32,000 bases of DNA from a bacterium (GTDB lineage Bacteria > UBP7 > UBA6624 > JBBIMK01), in the NCBI GenBank assembly GCA_037444445.1, contig JBBIMK010000010.1, positions 1-32,000 on the forward strand, written 5' to 3'. Positions 7,979 to 16,316 of this stretch are shown one piece after another (the stretch's first letter is position 1; every line of letters begins with the position of its first letter). The translations under genes and the position numbers were made by a program. The notes under the pieces are model-generated. The model was not told the DNA's origin, did not search any database, and worked only from the letters and a program-made list of their open reading frames with translations.

Positions 7979-8542
7979 TTGAAAATCTCAACCAACGACC
8001 TCCGCGGCGGGATGGTGGTGAAAATAGGGGCAGAATTTTTCCTGGTGTTGGAGGCGGCTCATTACAAGCCAGGAAAGGGGCAAGCCCTGGTTCGCACCCG
8101 TCTGAAAAACTTCAAAACCGGGCAGGTGTTTGAGAAGAATCTAAAGGCGGATGAGCCCATTGAACGCCCCTACTTTGAACGCCGGGATGCGGTGTATCTC
8201 TACCGCACTGGAGAGTCCTATGTATTTATGGATTCCAGCACTTACGAACAGCACGCCTTCTCCAGAGAATTTGTGGGGAATGCCTCAGATTTGCTGAAAG
8301 AAAACACGGATGTAGCACTTCTGGTGGTGGATGGGGAAATACTGGGTGTGGAGTTGCCCAATTTCCTCACCCTCAAGGTGGTGGAGGCGCCGCCGGGGAT
8401 TCGGGGGGATACGGCAACGGGTGGAACCAAGAATGTAAAAGTAGAGACGGGCGCCAGCATCCAGGTTCCCCTCTTCGTTCAGGAAGGGGACTTCATTCAG
8501 ATTGACACCCGCACACGGGAGTATGTGAAACGGGTGGGATGA
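7979..8542 (+). CDS. efp: Translation elongation factor P
   Basis: 187 aa with a TTG start. MKISTNDLRGGMVV..., loop YKPGKGQALVRTRLKN, C-terminal GDFIQIDTRTREYVKR. Confidence 0.95.
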   Translation: MKISTNDLRGGMVVKIGAEFFLVLEAAHYKPGKGQALVRTRLKNFKTGQVFEKNLKADEPIERPYFERRDAVYLYRTGESYVFMDSSTYEQHAFSREFVGNASDLLKENTDVALLVVDGEILGVELPNFLTLKVVEAPPGIRGDTATGGTKNVKVETGASIQVPLFVQEGDFIQIDTRTREYVKRVG

Positions 8543-9306
8543 CCTCCCTAATCGCCGTAGACATCGGCAACTCAGGGGTTAAGGCGGCGGTTATTCAGGC
8601 TCATCAAGTTCGTCATCTTCGCCGGCTTTCCCTGCGAGCCTCTGAATCAACGATTCATCGGTGTATTCAGTCGCTGTGCGAGGGGTCAAAGCCATATCCT
8701 TCTGTGCTTTCCTCGGTGGTGCCTGCTGTAACTTCTCGCTGGGAGAAGTCGCTTCAAAAAATCGCCGATTGTTCACCTCTTCTGATAACCTTTCGTTTGC
8801 CGTATAGATTTCAAATTTGCTACGAGCCAGTGGAGAGTGTGGGAAGCGACCGGCTGGTGGCGTGCGAGGCTGCGGTTCGCCTCTACGGGGTGCCGGTAGC
8901 GGTGTTTAGTTTCGGCACTGCCCTGGCTATCTCCGCCGTTGACCGAAACTACCGCTTCATCGGTGGATTCCTCTTTCCCGGCTACTCTGTGGCTTCCCGG
9001 GCTCTTTCCGCTTCCACTGCACTGCTCAAGAAAATTCCTCCCCGGGCTCCATCGGAACTGCCGGGCTCTTCCACTGCGAACGGAATCTCTTCTGGCCTGT
9101 ATCAGGGGTTCGTGGGCGTCATTCTTCGTTATCAAACGCTATTGAAACATCACCTGGGTGAAGAGGTAAAATTTGTGGCTACCGGTGGCGATGCCATCTC
9201 CTTTGCCCCCCTCTTCTCTTTTACGAACGAACATCTTACCCTTTTAGGTATGGAATATCTGTTTTATGAAATAGACGCAGGACGGAGGGCCGGGGACCGA
9301 AAGTAA
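8539..9306 (+). CDS. coaX: Type III pantothenate kinase
   Basis: 255 aa with an ATGA overlap with efp. IAVDIGNSGVKAAV, VGSDRLV, FGTALAISAV, ATGGDA motifs. Confidence 0.85.
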   Translation: MTSLIAVDIGNSGVKAAVIQAHQVRHLRRLSLRASESTIHRCIQSLCEGSKPYPSVLSSVVPAVTSRWEKSLQKIADCSPLLITFRLPYRFQICYEPVESVGSDRLVACEAAVRLYGVPVAVFSFGTALAISAVDRNYRFIGGFLFPGYSVASRALSASTALLKKIPPRAPSELPGSSTANGISSGLYQGFVGVILRYQTLLKHHLGEEVKFVATGGDAISFAPLFSFTNEHLTLLGMEYLFYEIDAGRRAGDRK

Positions 9307-9362
9307 CCCTTCCGTTATCCGGCTGTTATATGAAATAATATGGATGAATAGAGGGGAATCGT

Positions 9363-10268
9363 ATGAAAAAAGTGGTCAGCGTCAGCCTGGGGTCATCCCG
9401 GAGAAATCATCAGGTGGAGATTCGGTTAGGTGGAGAGGATTATTCAATTTCACGCATCGGCACCGATGGGGATTTCCAGAAAGCCATCACTCTGATACGG
9501 GAACTGGATGGAAAGGTGGATGCCATCGGGCTGGGAGGGATTGACCTTTACCTTCGGGTGGGGAATCGGAAATATATCCTGCGGGACGGGGCTCGGCTGG
9601 CAAACGCCGCCGAGAAAACCCCGGTCGTGGACGGAAGTGGAATGAAATATACCCTGGAAAAGAAAATTGTGCAAAACCTGTCTTCTCTCCTCTCTCTTTC
9701 CCCTGCCCGGACTCCGGTTCTGCTGGTGAGCGGAGTGGACCGCTACGGAATGGCGGAAGGATTTTCTACCGCTGGCTATCCTTTAATTATGGGGGATTTT
9801 CTATTCGCTTTAGGTTTTCCTATACCCATTTATTCCCTGAAGGCGTTGAGGGTTCTTGCCTTTTTTCTCCTGCCGGTTCTCACCCGTCTTCCCTTTTCCG
9901 TCCTCTACCCTATCGGGGAAAGGCAGCATGAGTCCACCCCCAGATTTAGCCGGTATTTTGAGAAAGCCTGTCTGATTGCGGGAGATTTTCACTACATCAA
10001 GCGGTACGCCCCCGCAGATTTATCCGGTAAAATAATTTTGACGAACACGACCACAGCGGAGGATGTGGAGGACCTGAGAAAGCGAGGTGTTCAGACCCTC
10101 ATCACCACCACGCCGGTGTTTGAGGGGCGTTCCTTCGGCACCAATGTGCTGGAGGCACTTCTCGTGGCTCACGCGGGCTATCGGGGCAGGGGTGGGCTAT
10201 CGGATGCTCAATATGCAGAGTATGTAGAAAAATTTTCTTTTCAGCCCGTTATCAGGAAACTACAATGA
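9363..10268 (+). CDS. Conserved protein of unknown function (a family I recall being auto-annotated as quinate 5-dehydrogenase)
   Basis: 301 aa. N-terminal VSVSLGSSRRNHQVE...ISRIGTDGDFQKAITLIRELDGKVDAIGLGGIDLYL, a central hydrophobic stretch, GAGGGGA Shine-Dalgarno. No catalytic motif that I can assign. Confidence 0.6.
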   Translation: MKKVVSVSLGSSRRNHQVEIRLGGEDYSISRIGTDGDFQKAITLIRELDGKVDAIGLGGIDLYLRVGNRKYILRDGARLANAAEKTPVVDGSGMKYTLEKKIVQNLSSLLSLSPARTPVLLVSGVDRYGMAEGFSTAGYPLIMGDFLFALGFPIPIYSLKALRVLAFFLLPVLTRLPFSVLYPIGERQHESTPRFSRYFEKACLIAGDFHYIKRYAPADLSGKIILTNTTTAEDVEDLRKRGVQTLITTTPVFEGRSFGTNVLEALLVAHAGYRGRGGLSDAQYAEYVEKFSFQPVIRKLQ

Positions 10269-10353
10269 TAAAATTTTGCCAATTTCGCAGGGGATTCCCG
10301 ATTGAGTCGGGACTTCGTCTCTGGCTCAGAATGATGGGTGGGGGTGAATCAGG

Positions 10354-11832
10354 CTGGACGAAAAGTATGAAATTCGGCTGAGGAAGCTGGAAGCCCTTCG
10401 GAGTCAGGGGCAGGACCCCTTCCAGAGCAGCGGTGTTAAGCCCTATCCCATTTCCACCCTGCTGGAGAAGAAGGAGGAGTGGATGGGGAAGAGGGTGGAG
10501 ACAGCGGGGCGTGTGGTCCGCTTCCGTCGCCACGGCAAGGCGGCGTTTGCGGACCTCTGGGATGTCACCGGGAAAATCCAGATTTATGCGAAACTGGACC
10601 GGCTGGGTGAAGCCGGCTTCCATTCTTTCTGTCAACTGGACCTGGGGGATATACTCGCCGTCTCCGGCAGTATGTTCACCACCCACACGGGTGAACTCAC
10701 CATTTCAGTAGATTCTTACACTCTGCTGGCAAAGAGCCTGAGAGAACTGCCGGAAAAATGGCACGGCTTAAAGGACCCGGAAGTGCGGGAGAGGAAGCGG
10801 TATCTGGATTTTCTCACGAATCCAGAGGCTCGCAGAATCCCTTTTCTGCGGAGCGAAATGCTTCGCAGAATTCGAGAATTTTTTTATTCTCACGGATTTA
10901 TAGAAGTGCAAACCCCTTTGCTTCATCCGATACCGGGTGGTGCCGCTGCCACACCCTTTCAAACCTATCACGAAGCCCTGAACCTCCCTTTATACCTCCG
11001 CATCGCACCTGAACTCTACCTCAAACGCCTGCTGGTGGCCGGGTATGAAAAAATTTTTGAAATTGGACCCTGCTTCCGGAATGAGGGTATCTCTCGCAAG
11101 CACAACCCGGAATTTATCATGCTGGAGGCCTACCAGGCTTATGCGGATTACCAATCTATGGCGGACCTGATGGAGGAACTGGTTACTTCTGTAGTCTTCG
11201 CCATCCATCATCGTCTGGACATCCCGTGGCAGGGTGTTACCCTTTCCTTTCAGCGGCCGTGGAAGCGCCTGACTTACTGGCAAGCCATGGAAGAAATTGG
11301 AGGAATCTCAAGGGATGAGTGCGGGGGAATGGAAGGGGTGGTGAAGGTGGCTCGCCGATTAGGAGTGGAAGGCATTCTGCCGGAGACAGGCTGGGGCAAG
11401 GCAGTGGATGAACTCTTTAAAGCCCGGGTGGAATCCCATCTTCAGAATCCCACTTTTATACTCAATTATCCCATAGCCCTTTCTCCACTTGCCCGACGGA
11501 TACCCCACGACCCAGCCCTCGTGTATCGGTTTGAGGTGTTTATGGCGGGGATGGAAATCATCAATGCCTTCACGGAATTGAATGACCCAATAGACCAGAG
11601 GGAGCGATTCCTGGAGCAGGTTCGGGAGCGGGAGGCTGGAGCCGCACTGGATGAGGATTTCCTTGAAGCCCTGGAATATGGGATGCCTCCAGCCGGTGGG
11701 ATTGGAATAGGATTAGACCGTTTCCTGATGGTTCTCTCCAATTCTCCTTCTATTCGGGATGTGATTGCTTTTCCAATCCTGCGTCCGAAAACTCCCACGG
11801 AAGCCTCTTCAGAGATACAGAAAAAGGATTGA
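10354..11832 (+). CDS. lysS: Lysyl-tRNA synthetase, class II (start codon uncertain: CTG at 10354 proposed; first ATG at 10483)
   Basis: OB anticodon-binding domain (GRVVRFRRHGKAAFADLWD), class II motifs (FIEVQTPLL; FEIGPCFRNEGIS; GGIGIGLDRFLM). The conserved N-terminal helix DEKYEIRLRKLEALRSQGQDPF is in frame upstream of the first ATG, bounded by a TGA at 10345-10347. Confidence 0.9.
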   Translation: MDEKYEIRLRKLEALRSQGQDPFQSSGVKPYPISTLLEKKEEWMGKRVETAGRVVRFRRHGKAAFADLWDVTGKIQIYAKLDRLGEAGFHSFCQLDLGDILAVSGSMFTTHTGELTISVDSYTLLAKSLRELPEKWHGLKDPEVRERKRYLDFLTNPEARRIPFLRSEMLRRIREFFYSHGFIEVQTPLLHPIPGGAAATPFQTYHEALNLPLYLRIAPELYLKRLLVAGYEKIFEIGPCFRNEGISRKHNPEFIMLEAYQAYADYQSMADLMEELVTSVVFAIHHRLDIPWQGVTLSFQRPWKRLTYWQAMEEIGGISRDECGGMEGVVKVARRLGVEGILPETGWGKAVDELFKARVESHLQNPTFILNYPIALSPLARRIPHDPALVYRFEVFMAGMEIINAFTELNDPIDQRERFLEQVREREAGAALDEDFLEALEYGMPPAGGIGIGLDRFLMVLSNSPSIRDVIAFPILRPKTPTEASSEIQKKD

Positions 11833-11867
11833 TTCAGAGGGAGTTTCCTTCATCCATACCCGATAAC

Positions 11868-11896
11868 TTGACAAAAAGGAAAGGGTATATTACACT
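11868..11896 (+). promoter_or_regulatory. Candidate sigma70 promoter of the porin-like gene
   Basis: TTGACA (11868-11873), 17-nt spacer, TACACT (11891-11896). Same hexamer pair and spacing as at 111-139. Confidence 0.5.
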
Positions 11897-11956
11897 TAAT
11901 GGACGGTGCTTGCAAACAAGCCTTTTAAAATCAATCCAAAAGGAGGGTGAGGCAAG

Positions 11957-13066
11957 GTGAAAAGGCTTGCTATGATACTTCCTTTACTCGTGATTCTGGT
12001 GGGCGGTGCTGCGTTTGCCGCCTATGAAGAAGGTGGAGCCGTCACCGCCTATGGCGATGCCTGGGTGCTTTTCCGCTCCACTTCTTATGATAATGCGGTC
12101 TTCAACTTAGGTAAGAAGACCGATTCAGCGTTCTTTTATCGCATTCGGGCGGGGCTTTATGGCTCCATTGACGAGCGGGTGAACTATAAGTTCCGCTTCA
12201 CTTCCAGTGGAACCGGGACCGCTTTTGACCCGTATGGCACTCGCTTTGGCGACATGAACGCTGCCTGGGACCACATTCGGCTGGAGCATGGCTACATTTC
12301 CTACCAGGCAAGCGACCAGTTCACCGTTTATGCCGGTCGTGTGCCGACCCGTGTGCTTTCCAACGACCTGGTGTTTGACACAGGTCGGAAGCGGGGATAT
12401 GACACTGCCGCCGATGGCCTCTGGCTTGACTTTGATTTCTCCGAGCAAACCAGCCTCTGGCTGGGTTGGGGCCGCCTCTGGGATACTCCTGGCAACGCAT
12501 CCCGGAATGACTTTATGTATGGGCAGTTGCGTCAGAAGTTCGGCGACCAACTCTGGGGGTATGTGGGTGCGGTCAACTTCTCCTGCCAGTCTACGGGCTC
12601 TAATGACCCCCTTTGTGCACCCGCGGAGGAGGATTATACTGCCTTCTTTGCGAAGGCTTCCTACGACTTCACGCCGGAGTTTAACTGGTGGGTGGAGTTC
12701 CTGGGGTCCAACGGGCAACTGGGGGGTAACGCAGAGGTTTCCGACTCCGACTCCACCGCCTGGTTCACCGGTGCCTCTTACAAGGTGAACGACCAGGTCA
12801 CCCTGAATGCCGAATACGCCGCTATCGGCGGCTCCTCCGTGTCGTCCCCTTCCTTCGTCGGTAATGATTATGTCCTGACGAACCTTTCTTTAGGACCCAG
12901 CGGTTCTACGGATGTTGACCTCGTCTATTTCAACTTCCGGATTGACTACGCTGTTTCCGAGAACAACACGGTGAACCTGGACTACACCTTCGGCGACGAG
13001 CAGGATGTATCCAATGCCAACACCGGTTCCGGGTTCCTGCTCTCCTGGACCACAAAGTTCGGCTAA
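11957..13066 (+). CDS. Putative outer-membrane beta-barrel / porin-like protein
   Basis: 369 aa with a GTG start and signal peptide MKRLAMILPLLVILVGGAAFA. Alternating aromatic/Gly-rich strands and a C-terminal ...SWTTKFG. No specific family recognised. Confidence 0.6.
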   Translation: MKRLAMILPLLVILVGGAAFAAYEEGGAVTAYGDAWVLFRSTSYDNAVFNLGKKTDSAFFYRIRAGLYGSIDERVNYKFRFTSSGTGTAFDPYGTRFGDMNAAWDHIRLEHGYISYQASDQFTVYAGRVPTRVLSNDLVFDTGRKRGYDTAADGLWLDFDFSEQTSLWLGWGRLWDTPGNASRNDFMYGQLRQKFGDQLWGYVGAVNFSCQSTGSNDPLCAPAEEDYTAFFAKASYDFTPEFNWWVEFLGSNGQLGGNAEVSDSDSTAWFTGASYKVNDQVTLNAEYAAIGGSSVSSPSFVGNDYVLTNLSLGPSGSTDVDLVYFNFRIDYAVSENNTVNLDYTFGDEQDVSNANTGSGFLLSWTTKFG

Positions 13067-13110
13067 TCGCTAAGCCTGATCAGGGGCGGTTTTACGCCCA
13101 TAAATAAGTG

Positions 13111-13160
13111 CAGGGGACGCATTCTCCCGGGATGCGTCCCCTGTGTCATAAAAATTTTTT
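13111..13160 (+). terminator. Rho-independent terminator after the porin-like gene
   Basis: Perfect 12-bp inverted repeat CAGGGGACGCAT (13111-13122) / ATGCGTCCCCTG (13132-13143) with a 9-nt loop, followed by an A/T tract ending in TTTTTT (13155-13160). Confidence 0.65.
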
Positions 13161-13206
13161 CAGCGGGAAATTTTTTAATCCTTTAATTTTTTTGAGGTGC
13201 ATTCTC

Positions 13207-14202
13207 ATGAAAAGGATAGTGTGGATAATTTTCTTTATGGCAGGAGCGGTTTTAACCCCGTTGCAGGTGGCTAACTCTCGCCTGGTCTGTCAACTCACGG
13301 GAACGGGAAAAGCAGAAATAGCCGGACAGGATTCTGCACTCCTCTTGCCTTTTGAGAAGAAAGTGCTCTTCTATTTCGGTGATACGAACCTGAAGAATGG
13401 TAAGATGGTGCCAAACTCCAGAGCAGAAACTGTGGACCGGGATGCCTCCGACTGCCTGGATTTATTCTACTTAACTGATGCACAGGGAGTAGCGAAAGAG
13501 CCGTTAAAGAAGGAAGAAAAGGAAGCCACGGTCTGGCTTAGCGCCGTGTTTACCACGGGAAAAGAGGTGTATGCGTATTATTACACGGTTGCTCCCGGGT
13601 GGCCCCAGCCTCCTGCCACCTTTGGCACCGGGCTTGCTCGCTCCACGGATGGAGGCAATTCATTCCAGCGAACTTCCCTCCTCTTTTCTCCCGAATCCCG
13701 ATTCAGCGAGGTCGTTTATGCTTTGCTCCAGGAACCTTATCTTTATCTGCTTCTGCGGTCTGCAAAAGTGGGAGCCGGTAGTATCTATTTAGCACGGGTG
13801 AAGGCAGAAAAAATTCTTTCTCAGAATTCTTATGAAGTGTGGAATGGGGAAAAATGGACTCGTAATATAGAAGAAGCGGAGGCGTTGTTTGATAATGCGG
13901 GTGCACCCAGCATCCAGTGGAATTTTTATTTGAAAAGGTGGCTGGCAGTGTATACCGCTGTTTTCTCTGAGCAGGGATTTTTGTCGCAGATAGAAGTTCG
14001 GGTGGCGGATAAACTCACCGGGCCCTGGAGCGAGCCGATGGTGGTTTACAAATGCCCGAAGGAGCCTCCCCGTCAGTGGGGTTCTTGCTACAACGCCCAG
14101 CATAATGCGGTGTTTGATAAAAAAGGCGGGCAGACCATTTACATCACCGCCACCGACTGGCTTCCCTACAATGTCTTCCTCTACGAAATCACCTGGAAGT
14201 AG
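13207..14202 (+). CDS. Secreted beta-propeller-like protein, Asp-box containing (DUF4185 / glycoside-hydrolase-like, tentative)
   Basis: Starts at ATG 13207 (MKRIVWIIFFMAGAVLTPLQVANS signal). FYFGDTN, Asp-box-like STDGGNSF, YLARV, TGPWSEP. The longer ORF-track start (13108) would run through the upstream terminator hairpin. Confidence 0.55.
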   Translation: MKRIVWIIFFMAGAVLTPLQVANSRLVCQLTGTGKAEIAGQDSALLLPFEKKVLFYFGDTNLKNGKMVPNSRAETVDRDASDCLDLFYLTDAQGVAKEPLKKEEKEATVWLSAVFTTGKEVYAYYYTVAPGWPQPPATFGTGLARSTDGGNSFQRTSLLFSPESRFSEVVYALLQEPYLYLLLRSAKVGAGSIYLARVKAEKILSQNSYEVWNGEKWTRNIEEAEALFDNAGAPSIQWNFYLKRWLAVYTAVFSEQGFLSQIEVRVADKLTGPWSEPMVVYKCPKEPPRQWGSCYNAQHNAVFDKKGGQTIYITATDWLPYNVFLYEITWK

Positions 14203-14204
14203 CC

Positions 14205-14241
14205 ATACTTTTTGGAGTCTGCCACCAAAGTATTATTTTTC
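14205..14241 (+). terminator. Weak AT-rich hairpin plus T-run after the 13207-14202 gene
   Basis: ATACTTTTTGG (14205-14215) pairs with CCACCAAAGTAT (14222-14233) with bulges, followed by TTATTTTTC. Confidence 0.3.
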
Positions 14242-14366
14242 TTACGAGATAAATCTACGCTACGGCAGTTTTTGCGGCATAACAATACGAGCCTTTTCTG
14301 ACTACATATCATCTTCTTTTCCGCATCAGGAAAAATGATAAGAGACGGATGACATTCTGTCAGGTT

Positions 14367-15927
14367 TTATGTGAAATTGCCGATGATAGCGAAAAAGGTA
14401 AGAATGTTAGAAAAGTGCGTGGAACCCGATATGAGAAGGGATGTTATAATTTCAGTTTTACCGGTTCCTATCGCCATCCATCGCCCATCAGATGAAAAAA
14501 GGATGGCATTGATTCCCTGGTGAAGAATTCCACACACGGACATCTGACGGATTACTTCCCCTGATGGCAATTTCCTGAATTGAAGAACGCAATCCTCTTT
14601 CTTACCTGCTACAAGGGCTGAGTCAGCAGGAGAAAAAGTTAGAGTAGGTTCAGAGCCTATTGAAATTTGCTGAAAGGATTCGGGAAGTGGTTTTGCATCT
14701 GCGGGCAAAAAGGCTATAGAATTGGGACTTTTTAATGCCAGCCATTTTCCGTCAGGACTGAGGTGGAGGATGAAATACCATAGGATGTTTCTGAGTCGGG
14801 CACCCTCACCGTCCACTTCAGCACCCCTGACCGAGTATCGTAGAGCCGGAGAGATTTGCGGCGTTCTATCCCCACGAACACTTGCTTGCCGTCTTTGGAA
14901 AATACAAAATCGGAGGCTGAATCTTCCCACGAGGCTTGAGAGTTCAACGGAATTTGATGTAAAATTACTCCGGTTTCCGGCTCTACAAAATGCAATTCAT
15001 GAGCATATAGAACAGCTAATGACTTACCATCGTGCGTGAAGGCAATTTTCTTGAGTTCGCTTTCTTTTCTTAAAATTTCCCATTTTATTCGGGATATGTA
15101 TTCCTTCTGCACATCTTTCGGGCTCAGACTCCATAAAAAAATAGAAACAGGCTTGGACGGCAGACTATCGGGCATTGTAGGAGGCACCGCGATAGAGGCA
15201 AGCCACTTTCCATCCGGGCTTACAGTTAGTCCTACCCTTAACTCCATTCGCCTCTCTTTCGTGGGAAGCCTGACCTCGCTGGGAAGAATAGATAAGGTTG
15301 CTGTGTGTTCAAAGGATGGAACCTGATATAAATCTATCCAATCCCCCATTCCGTCTGTGATTAACCACCGACTATCCGGGGTAAAGGATAGTTCAACCGC
15401 TGGATGAATTTCCACGATTGAAACCGGGCGAGGATGAAAAATTTTCTCATTTTTCGCATCTTTCCATTCCACCCACTCCAAAACACCTACCGCAATTACC
15501 AGGGCCGGGAATAGAAGCTACCAAACTCTCTGGAATTTCAACAGCCGGAGCCTCCCAGCGCCCGGCAGAAATACACTCTGCCCGGGCTTGTGGGAAAGAC
15601 ATCAGGGTCACAAATATCATTTGAGGGATGAGGGTCAACGGTATTGCGAATCGTTGAAATCACCTGTGCTGGAGTCCAATCTGGATGAATACTCCGGAGC
15701 AGATGAGCAGGGCCAGAAACCTGAGGTGTGGCAAAACTGGTTTCCTCTCTTTCCCTCATCCAATCTCCGATGTCCAGAGTAGTGATATTCACCCCACAGG
15801 CTCCAACTGGATTATTTCCAGTGTGGTTGCTCCATTGGGCACGGCAAGCGTCAGTTTTCCGCAGTGCGGCTACAGGAAAGCGGAAGAGTGTAGAGTTCTC
15901 CTCACCTGAAGCCACCACGAAAAATTG
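14367..15927 (-). pseudogene. Decayed gene: C-terminal part of an S8 (subtilisin-like) peptidase domain followed by WD40/PD40-like propeller repeats, split over at least four frame segments
   Basis: Segment 15927-15538 carries VVASGEEN..., GVNITT..., ETSFATPQVSGPAHLLRSIHPDWTPAQVISTIRNT (an S8 Ser-motif region with E in place of the usual G). Segments 15481-14732 and 14930-14367 are in different frames. Both carry SPDGKWLA / THDGKSLA / SKDGKQVF / SSDGRWMA repeats. One frame switch lies at about 14790-14810. No Asp/His catalytic part lies upstream. Confidence 0.55.
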
Positions 15928-16316
15928 TCAGACAGTGTTTCATCATCCTCTATCACTCTCTATCCAGAAGATTTTTGGGGCCTGAAGAGGCAAAAGATGA
16001 ATAAGTGATTCTGAAAAAAGCCGGCAGTGAAAACAGGAAATTTCAGCAGGGAAGCACAGGAATAACACTGCGCCGGGGCTCTGATTATAATTATGCTCTA
16101 CTTCTATCCTGAAAGTCAAGTGATCTTAAAAGTGCCGATGAATGTGTGCTTTTTGAGGGTTATCCACAAATTTCATTAGTTATTTCCCTGTGTTCTGTAA
16201 TGGAGGGAAGAAAATTCTCTCTCCTTTCTACCTGTAGGCTCCCGCTACGCGGAACATTTCCACCCTCACAAGGGGGGGTAATTATATCCGCATTCTGCAT
16301 TATAATGGTGGAAGGG

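Noticed and set aside
10269-10353. Possible T-box/riboswitch leader or terminator upstream of lysS (hairpin TCCCGA-TTGAG-TCGGGA at ~10296-10312)
   Set aside because: The spacer is only ~85 nt, far too short for a T-box. The 6-bp hairpin has no T-run.
12125-12788. 197-aa minus-strand and 166-aa plus-strand ORFs inside the porin-like gene
   Set aside because: Both are alternative frames of a gene that has a clear signal peptide, promoter and terminator. Neither contains motifs.
13108-13206. Upstream extension of the 13207-14202 gene (ORF-track start at 13108)
   Set aside because: The extension would be translated through the 12-bp terminator hairpin and an A/T-rich tract. A proper signal peptide starts at the ATG at 13207.
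16146-16316. N-terminal extension of the glycosyltransferase (ORF-track start at 16146)
   Set aside because: The extension does not resemble a GT4 family N-terminus. The conserved GT-B N-terminus (KIKHIGIL...) begins right after the ATG at 16317, which has a GGTGGAAGGG ribosome-binding site.
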